From Nitrososphaerota archaeon (GTDB lineage: Archaea > Thermoproteota > Nitrososphaeria > Nitrososphaerales > UBA57), in NCBI GenBank assembly GCA_013378385.1, contig JACAFS010000032.1:1-11756 (forward strand): a DNA stretch of 11,756 bases. Direction: 5' to 3'. The position numbers and the translations under genes were made by a program. This document shows, piece by piece, positions 6,801 to 11,534 of this stretch. Each line of letters starts with the position of its first letter. Within the stretch, counting starts at the first letter, position 1. The notes beneath the pieces were generated by a model that ran no database searches, was not told the origin of the DNA, and saw only the letters and a program-made list of their open reading frames with translations.

Positions 6801-6848
6801 ATGGACGGTTGTAAATGTGGAAGTTCTTGTGATTGTGGCAGTAAATAG
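6801..6848 (+). CDS. 15-aa Cys-rich metallothionein-like micro-ORF (MDGCKCGSSCDCGSK)
   Basis: The ATG has AGGAGGA (6787-6793) 7 nt upstream. The peptide has a CxCxxxCxC pattern with Gly/Ser spacers and a CGSK terminus, like the fungal Cu-metallothionein of Neurospora (from memory ...SSCNCGS...CGSK). It is too short for the ORF track. Confidence 0.4.
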   Translation: MDGCKCGSSCDCGSK

Positions 6849-6990
6849 ATTAGTAATATTTTAGTGCGTGTTTCACGTTTAATTTTTATGAATAAATTTG
6901 AAACACTTCACACAATAATTGGTAAGATTATGATTTTATATTTAGCTATAGGCCTTATTATTGAGTTTTTTAGAGATTAAGTTGATTGAC

Positions 6991-7233
6991 ATGACAGATT
7001 TAGAACCAGATGAATTAGAGATACTTAACATGATAGAAATAGCAAAAAAATTAGGGGACGATAAATTAATCATAGCTCTATCGAAAGAGCTCGAGATAAT
7101 AAAAGAGAGAAATGAAGTTAGAAGAAATCCAAAGTCATTTATTGACGATCAGAAAGTTTTCTGCTACAACTGCAACACTAATGTAGAGAGTTCTCATAGA
7201 TTTTGTTTTCAATGCGGGGTGTTTCTTGATTAA
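6991..7233 (+). CDS. Small protein with a C-terminal zinc ribbon
   Basis: The N-terminal half is an acidic helix, followed by FCYNCNTNVESSHRFCFQCGVFL (CxxC-x10-CxxC). I prefer ATG 6991 to the track TTG at 6961. Confidence 0.6.
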   Translation: MTDLEPDELEILNMIEIAKKLGDDKLIIALSKELEIIKERNEVRRNPKSFIDDQKVFCYNCNTNVESSHRFCFQCGVFLD

Positions 7234-7452
7234 TTGAATAAATCAGACATATTGTTCGGGGGAATAATGGCATTTGCAATGTCTTTTCTCATGTCACTTG
7301 TAATGACGTATGTGTCGATTGGATTAGTGTCCGACTTTCTCATAATTTGGCTGAAATCATTTGTTATTGGGCTGATTGTCTCTTTTCCAATAGCGTTGTT
7401 TATAACGCCAATTGCAGCCAAAATAGTGAAAATGGTTGTAAAGACTGCGTAA
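7234..7452 (+). CDS. DUF2798-like small membrane protein
   Basis: 72 aa, starting at TTG immediately after the preceding stop (an alternative ATG gives MAFAMS...). FAMSFLMSLVMTYVSIGL...WLKSFVIGLIVSFPIALFITP resembles the DUF2798 pattern, from memory. Confidence 0.55.
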   Translation: MNKSDILFGGIMAFAMSFLMSLVMTYVSIGLVSDFLIIWLKSFVIGLIVSFPIALFITPIAAKIVKMVVKTA

Positions 7453-7575
7453 ATGCTCTCTGAGAAAGATATTGATCATGAACCTATCTAATCAAGTAAT
7501 CTACATCACAAAATTCTAATCGTGAATAAGTTTATTAGAGCGAGATAATTTAGAATTGATAGGAGTAATAATAAG

Positions 7576-7722
7576 ATGTCATTTAAAGACGAACGAGAAA
7601 TGCACAAAGCTACCTGCGCCGACTGTGGTAAAGAATGTGAAGTACCATTCAAACCAGACGAAGACAGACCAGTTTACTGCAAAGACTGTTTCCAAAAACA
7701 TAGAAAACCACGAAGTTTCTGA
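7576..7722 (+). CDS. CxxC-x17-CxxC zinc-ribbon protein (48 aa)
   Basis: The product is MSFKDEREMHKATCADCGKECEVPFKPDEDRPVYCKDCFQKHRKPRSF*. ATCADCGKECEVPFKP...RPVYC.DCF is the conserved CxxC-x17-CxxC domain signature. AGGAG (7561-7565) lies upstream and T5/T7 runs lie downstream. It is missed by the track, which lists an overlapping 63-aa ORF in another frame. Confidence 0.8.
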   Translation: MSFKDEREMHKATCADCGKECEVPFKPDEDRPVYCKDCFQKHRKPRSF

Positions 7723-7795
7723 GATTAGTCTAAGTATTTTTATTTAGGTTTATCGAAATGCAGCGTTTGCTATTTTTTTGTAAAAAATCCAAAAA

Positions 7796-7835
7796 CTATC
7801 AATATCGATGTCGATATCGATGACGATACTGATAG
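7796..7835. repeat. TCGAT hexamer-phased array inside a CTATCA/TGATAG inverted repeat
   Basis: The sequence is CTATCA-at-ATCGAT-GTCGAT-ATCGAT-GACGAT-ac-TGATAG. Four hexamers lie in 6-nt phase in a CpG-poor spacer. It contains the left copy of a 19-bp direct repeat (7810-7828). Confidence 0.6.
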
Positions 7836-7959
7836 TTTATATTATTTTATCCAGTTTTTTAGAATATTTCTGATCATTTGTTCGTAGTTTTAGTTTTAAA
7901 ATATTAACTATTTGTATGATAGTTATTAATATATATTAAGTATACTGATATAATTATTA

Positions 7960-8370
7960 ATGTATGTACGTAGAAAAAATGTAAAAGGATTTTCATATGC
8001 ATATCTAGTAGAAAGTAAATGGGATAAGGAAAAGAAACAATCGTATCAAGTTGTAATAAAATATCTAGGAAGGTTCGAAAATCTAAAACTTGATAAGTTA
8101 ACTTCGGAAGAACTTGCAGTGGTGGGCAAATATATGAATACAAAATTGCAGGTAAGTTGGAATATGGACTCTCATATACGTAAATATCAACAGTTAACGA
8201 ACAAAAATAAGAATAAAATGATAAAACGGAAATTAGTCGAACAAAGAAAGATAGAGAAAGTGCAGGAAAAAGTACTTTCAGATCTAAAAATGGATAAACG
8301 GCAGTTCTCAGACAGGTTCGGATGGAAGAATACTCTATCAAATTCCATAAAAATGGATATAACAGTATAG
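7960..8370 (+). CDS. Small basic protein with a transposase/integrase-type N-terminal motif (possible mobile-element remnant or DNA-binding protein)
   Basis: 136 aa. MYVRRKNVKGFSYAYLVESKWDKEKKQSYQVVIKYLG follows the M[YF][VI]R.K...Y.YLVES...(x)...[VI].YLG pattern I recall at the N-termini of IS1634/IS4-group transposases and some integrase-like proteins. The rest is K/Q/E-rich with no catalytic domain. It is flanked by 17/19 direct repeats. Confidence 0.55.
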   Translation: MYVRRKNVKGFSYAYLVESKWDKEKKQSYQVVIKYLGRFENLKLDKLTSEELAVVGKYMNTKLQVSWNMDSHIRKYQQLTNKNKNKMIKRKLVEQRKIEKVQEKVLSDLKMDKRQFSDRFGWKNTLSNSIKMDITV

Positions 8371-8385
8371 AAGGACTTTATTGAC

Positions 8386-8404
8386 GTCGATATCGTTGTC
8401 GATA
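8386..8404. repeat. Right copy of the 19-bp direct repeat (GTCGATATCGTTGTCGATA)
   Basis: It matches GTCGATATCGATGACGATA (7810-7828) at 17/19 positions and has the same TCG(A/T)T 6-nt phasing. It lies 16 nt after the 7960..8370 stop and directly abuts promoter module A. Confidence 0.55.
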
Positions 8405-8411
8405 AGAATCG

Positions 8412-8438
8412 TCCACATGATTTTTTAATTATTTTGAC
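8412..8438 (+). promoter_or_regulatory. Conserved promoter/operator module, copy A (upstream of MORN gene 1)
   Basis: The sequence is TCCACAtgattTTTTAattATTTTgac, ending 11 nt before GTG 8450. See the five-way alignment in the findings. Confidence 0.6.
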
Positions 8439-8449
8439 TTATTCATAGT

Positions 8450-8785
8450 GTGAGCCATAATGTTGATGCCATCGAATATCCCGATGGATCAAAATATTAC
8501 GGAGAAGTGAAGGAAGGTAGTCCACATGGCAAGGGCATTTCCACGTTTCCAGACGGTACCATTTATGATGGAGAATGGCAGATGGGCAAAAGGGAAGGCA
8601 CAGGAATCATGACATATCCCAATGGAATAAAGTACGAAGGTTCATGGAAAAACGATAAGAAAAACGGTAAAGGAACTATGATATACGCAGATGGTACAAA
8701 TGAAGACCTAGAATTTATCGATGATGAACCGGTCAACAAAAGCTCAAAGAAGAAAAAGTCGTTCGAGATAGATATTGATTTTTAA
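8450..8785 (+). CDS. MORN-repeat protein (3 to 4 repeats, basic/acidic C-terminal tail)
   Basis: 111 aa with a GTG start. It contains YYGEVKEGSPHGKGISTFPDGTIYDGEWQMGKREGTGIMTYPNGIKYEGSWKNDKKNGKGTMIYADGT, which fits consecutive Y.G.w..gk.hG.G MORN units. The tail is KSSKKKKSFEIDIDF. Confidence 0.85.
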   Translation: MSHNVDAIEYPDGSKYYGEVKEGSPHGKGISTFPDGTIYDGEWQMGKREGTGIMTYPNGIKYEGSWKNDKKNGKGTMIYADGTNEDLEFIDDEPVNKSSKKKKSFEIDIDF

Positions 8786-8792
8786 TAAATCA

Positions 8793-8819
8793 TCCACATT
8801 AGTTTTTAGGTATTTTGAC
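8793..8819 (+). promoter_or_regulatory. Conserved promoter/operator module, copy B (upstream of the GNAT gene)
   Basis: The sequence is TCCACAttagtTTTTAggtATTTTgac, ending 15 nt before ATG 8835. This argues against the track's TTG 8775 start, which would place the module inside the CDS. Confidence 0.6.
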
Positions 8820-8834
8820 GTAAATCAGACCATA

Positions 8835-9320
8835 ATGATAAATGAATATACAAAAAGTAATTGTTCTGAAATTCTCTATGTTGTAAATGACGCTGCCACA
8901 AGATACAAGAATTCCATCCCTGACGATTGTTGGAAAGAGCCCTACATGCCAGAAAGGGAATTACTAGATGAATTCAGAGACGGAGTAAGAATGTTAGGCT
9001 ACATGCATGGCAACAAATTAATCGCAGTGATGGGCTTCCAGGAAATAATGGATGTTGTTCTGATAAGGCATGCTTACACCTTGACTGCATGCCAAGGCAA
9101 AGGTACAGGAAGTGCATTGCTCGAACATCTATTGGGGAAATACCTGGATTCTCGCTTGTTGGTGGGCACTTGGATGGATGCAGAATGGGCAATCAGGTTT
9201 TATGAAAAATTCGGCTTTGTCCTCCATGAAAAAAAGGAATCAAATTTCTTGCTTGGAAAATACTGGAACATATCGCCGAAGCAAATCGAACATTCGGTTG
9301 TATTGGAAAAGCATGGATAG
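8835..9320 (+). CDS. GNAT-family N-acetyltransferase
   Basis: 161 aa from ATG 8835. It has the acetyl-CoA motif A, CQGKGTGSALLEHLL, then RFYEKFGF and a C-terminal KYWNISPKQIEHSVVL typical of one GNAT subfamily. GC is higher here (48% counted over 9061-9120). Confidence 0.88.
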   Translation: MINEYTKSNCSEILYVVNDAATRYKNSIPDDCWKEPYMPERELLDEFRDGVRMLGYMHGNKLIAVMGFQEIMDVVLIRHAYTLTACQGKGTGSALLEHLLGKYLDSRLLVGTWMDAEWAIRFYEKFGFVLHEKKESNFLLGKYWNISPKQIEHSVVLEKHG

Positions 9321-9340
9321 AGAAGAGTCGATCTAGATGG

Positions 9341-9346
9341 TTTTTT
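9341..9346 (+). terminator. Oligo-T (T6) run downstream of the GNAT gene
   Basis: TTTTTT lies 21 nt after the stop. Archaeal terminators are typically oligo-T tracts. Confidence 0.3.
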
Positions 9347-9420
9347 GATAGTATTTCGTACATATTATTAATTATTGCAAAGCCTATAATAGCTGACGTT
9401 AAGCTATTGGAATTATAACA

Positions 9421-10197
9421 ATGGTTTTTGAAAGTAATGTTCATTTTGATGAGGTTGCAAATTACTATGAGCGATTAAGAGAGGATGTATATTTAGATGA
9501 TATAATGGACGTTATGAAAAAATATACAACGAAAAATGATCTTTTGATGGACATTGCATCTGGAACTGGCAGAATATCAACCAATGTATGTAGATCACTT
9601 AATCTTAGACTTATACTGGTTGATAAAAACATCCACATGCTTAATGTCGCAATGAAAAAAATCAATATGCAACGTAAAATGGATAAATTAATCAATATGA
9701 ATATTTATGAGTTCTTAAAAGATGGTGGAAAAACTGATAACGTAAAGATTAATGACATTGACATATTTACATGTTTTAATGCAATACATTGGACGGGGTT
9801 AGGATTATTTAAGAAACTTGAAGAGAAGATGGCTCCAGGGTCTTTATTCGTCGTACTGACTAGAACAAAGAAACAGAATAATAAATCATTTTTTGGGTTG
9901 AATTTTCCAAAGTTTGCCGATAAAGAAACTCGCCTTTTTTCGTTAGATCAATTACTCGATGAATTTAAGAGATGCAATTTATCCGTAGTAGACACCAAGT
10001 TTTTAAAACATCAAATATTGCAAAAAAAATCCAAATTATTAGAACAGGCAAAGAAAAAATCATATTCGACCTTTTCACTATATTCAAACGAAGAATATGA
10101 AAAAGCAATGAGAATATTTAAGGACAATATCTCATCCATGCCGGAAATGCTAGATGTGCGATATGAAAATTTGCTGATTATTGGAAAGAAACTGTAA
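9421..10197 (+). CDS. Class I SAM-dependent methyltransferase
   Basis: 258 aa with motif I LLMDIASGTGRIS, a downstream acidic residue after beta-2 (LILVDKN), and a motif IV-like FTCFNAIHW. The substrate is not inferable. Confidence 0.82.
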   Translation: MVFESNVHFDEVANYYERLREDVYLDDIMDVMKKYTTKNDLLMDIASGTGRISTNVCRSLNLRLILVDKNIHMLNVAMKKINMQRKMDKLINMNIYEFLKDGGKTDNVKINDIDIFTCFNAIHWTGLGLFKKLEEKMAPGSLFVVLTRTKKQNNKSFFGLNFPKFADKETRLFSLDQLLDEFKRCNLSVVDTKFLKHQILQKKSKLLEQAKKKSYSTFSLYSNEEYEKAMRIFKDNISSMPEMLDVRYENLLIIGKKL

Positions 10198-10200
10198 AGT

Positions 10201-10244
10201 GCCGTTAAACGCGGTTATCCGCAACTAATTTTAATGATTTTGAC
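10201..10244 (+). promoter_or_regulatory. Conserved module, copy C, with a 5' GC hairpin extension (upstream of the cupredoxin gene)
   Basis: The sequence is gccgttaaacGCGGttatCCGCAactaaTTTTAatgATTTTgac. The TCCGCA hexamer is at 10218-10223. It starts 4 nt after the methyltransferase stop and ends 26 nt before ATG 10271. Confidence 0.6.
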
Positions 10245-10270
10245 TCAGAATTTTATAGGATAATAAATCA

Positions 10271-10873
10271 ATGTCAAATTCTAATTCAAAGTATATAGCT
10301 ATAATACTAATTCCCATAATTCTAGTTTTAGGGTACTTTTTACTATTTTCCAATAATCAAAATGAAGGCATTGATTCTAAGTCTGCAATAATTGAAGAAG
10401 AAAATATAATTTCCGTCAAAAAAGATCCTGTTGTTGATGTTAATCGAGCTGAACCAGTTGTTGAGCCAGAAGTTATTGTTCCAGAACCTGTTGTAGAACC
10501 AGAGCCCGAACCTGTTGTTGAGCCGGTAGTAGAACCTGAACCAGAGCCCGAACCTGTTGTTGAACCAGAAGTTATTGAAATACAAATTTTAGAAGGAAAA
10601 GTAGAGATAATTATCGAGAATACAGAATTTATTCCTAATGAAATCATTATTCGTGTCGGTACGATAGTTACATGGATCAATAAAGACAACAGCGATCCAT
10701 TATATCCAGAACATACAGTTTCAATAGACATACTAGAAATAAACTCGCCAGAAATAATCTTCGGCGGAGGCTCAAATGAAGAATGGAGTCATACTTTTGT
10801 CGAGATAGGGGAATTCAGCTATCATTGCACCATACATCCTTGGATGACTGGCAAAGTCATTGTAGTAGATTGA
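10271..10873 (+). CDS. Membrane-anchored amicyanin/plastocyanin-like type-1 copper protein (cupredoxin) with a Pro/Glu/Val linker
   Basis: 200 aa. An N-terminal signal anchor (IAIILIPIILVLGYFLLF) is followed by an (EPVV/EPEP)n linker and a cupredoxin fold. The copper ligands are His (PEHTV) and C-x2-H-x2-M in YHCTIHPWMTGKVIVV. Compare amicyanin YHCTPHPFMRGKVVV, from memory. Confidence 0.88.
   Translation: MSNSNSKYIAIILIPIILVLGYFLLFSNNQNEGIDSKSAIIEEENIISVKKDPVVDVNRAEPVVEPEVIVPEPVVEPEPEPVVEPVVEPEPEPEPVVEPEVIEIQILEGKVEIIIENTEFIPNEIIIRVGTIVTWINKDNSDPLYPEHTVSIDILEINSPEIIFGGGSNEEWSHTFVEIGEFSYHCTIHPWMTGKVIVVD
10451..10575 (+). repeat. Low-complexity coding repeat (EPVVEPEP linker) including a perfect 26-bp direct repeat
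   Basis: GAACCAGAGCCCGAACCTGTTGTTGA occurs at 10496-10521 and again at 10538-10563, an offset of 42 nt or 14 codons. Confidence 0.85.
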
Positions 10874-10883
10874 TATTCGTAGT

Positions 10884-10927
10884 ACCGCTAAACGCGGTTA
10901 TCCGCAACTGATTTTAGTTATTTTGTG
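10884..10927 (+). promoter_or_regulatory. Conserved module, copy D, with a 5' GC hairpin extension (upstream of MORN gene 2)
   Basis: The sequence is accgctaaacGCGGttatCCGCAactgaTTTTAgttATTTTgtg, matching copy C at 37/44. The TCCGCA hexamer is at 10901-10906. It ends 22 nt before ATG 10950. Confidence 0.6.
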
Positions 10928-10949
10928 ATACACGCAATTGTAAGGCCCA

Positions 10950-11285
10950 ATGACGGAAGAAAAAAGAGAATTTGAAGAGAGAGGAAGAAGAGAAAGATTG
11001 CAGAGAAGGAAAAGAAGAGAAACTGACTCAATCTATGTAGGCGAAGTCAAGGACGGCAAGAGGCACGGAAGTGGAACTCTCACATTGCCCGACGGAGAGA
11101 AGTACGAAGGGGAATTCAAGGACGGCGAGTATAACGGAAATGGAATTCTCACATTGCCCGACGGAGAGAAGTACGAAGGGGAATTCAAAGATGGCAAACA
11201 ATGGACCGTAACCTTCACCGATTTAGATGGCTCGAAGACGGAATGGAAAGACGGTTATGAAATAGACGATGAATTAGATGGATGA
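10950..11285 (+). CDS. MORN-repeat protein with an Arg/Lys/Glu-rich N-terminus and an acidic C-terminus
   Basis: 111 aa. The N-terminus is MTEEKREFEERGRRERLQRRKRRE. It is followed by YVGEVKDGKRHGSGTLTLPDGEKYEGEFKDGEYNGNGILTLPDGEKYEGEFKDGKQW (MORN units). GC is high (58% counted over 11041-11100). Confidence 0.85.
   Translation: MTEEKREFEERGRRERLQRRKRRETDSIYVGEVKDGKRHGSGTLTLPDGEKYEGEFKDGEYNGNGILTLPDGEKYEGEFKDGKQWTVTFTDLDGSKTEWKDGYEIDDELDG
11073..11195 (+). repeat. Tandem 69-bp (one MORN unit) duplication inside the CDS
   Basis: 11073-11126 matches 11142-11195 at 51/54. This includes a perfect 42-mer at 11078-11119 and 11147-11188. Confidence 0.9.
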
Positions 11286-11479
11286 CGATGTTTCGGCATT
11301 CTTCTTTTCTTTATTTCTCTCCAGGACGTGTGTATGGTGCCAGCAACGACAAATGCAATGAGGCCCACGGCCCAAGATTCCTCGAGAAGCATATTGTTGA
11401 TGTAGACATTCCAGATAACGGCTCCCATTCCAGTAGCTGTCGACACGCCCAAAATGTACTCGTTGCTTTTTAGAGACAT
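11255..11479 (-). CDS. Small 2-TM membrane protein (hypothetical)
   Basis: 74 aa with two hydrophobic segments followed by the basic REIKKRRMPKHRH. The palindromic TATA TTATATAA (11501-11508) is centred 25.5 nt upstream of ATG 11479. The 3' end overlaps the MORN gene by 31 nt. The plus-strand ORF 11282..11473 is taken as its shadow. Confidence 0.5.
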   Translation of the reverse strand: MSLKSNEYILGVSTATGMGAVIWNVYINNMLLEESWAVGLIAFVVAGTIHTSWREIKKRRMPKHRHPSNSSSIS

Positions 11480-11534
11480 ATTATACCGAATTATGTTCCA
11501 TTATATAACGCTGAGGTTCAAGTAACCGGGATCA

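Noticed and set aside
7556-7747. Track ORF of 63 aa (MIGVIIRCHLKTNEK...)
   Set aside because: A different frame in the same interval encodes the conserved CxxC-x17-CxxC signature with an ATG and an upstream AGGAG. The 63-aa frame has no motif and starts at a non-ATG codon.
7904-8341. 145-aa minus-strand ORF overlapping 7960..8370
   Set aside because: Its composition (F/L/Y/S-rich, no motif) is what the antisense of a K/E/Q-rich gene gives. The plus frame has an ATG and a recognisable N-terminal motif.
8974-9444. ORFs 8974..9192(-), 9112..9336(+) and 9193..9444(-)
   Set aside because: They overlap the well-supported GNAT gene or its spacer. Their length is explained by the locally raised GC, which gives fewer stop codons.
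10343-10731. Two long minus-strand ORFs (10343..10585 and 10357..10731) encoding GS/TTG-rich or FW/N-rich repeats
   Set aside because: They are antisense shadows of the periodic EPVVEPEP linker DNA of the cupredoxin gene. The plus frame has a complete signal anchor and a copper-site motif, and the minus frames have no start context or motif.
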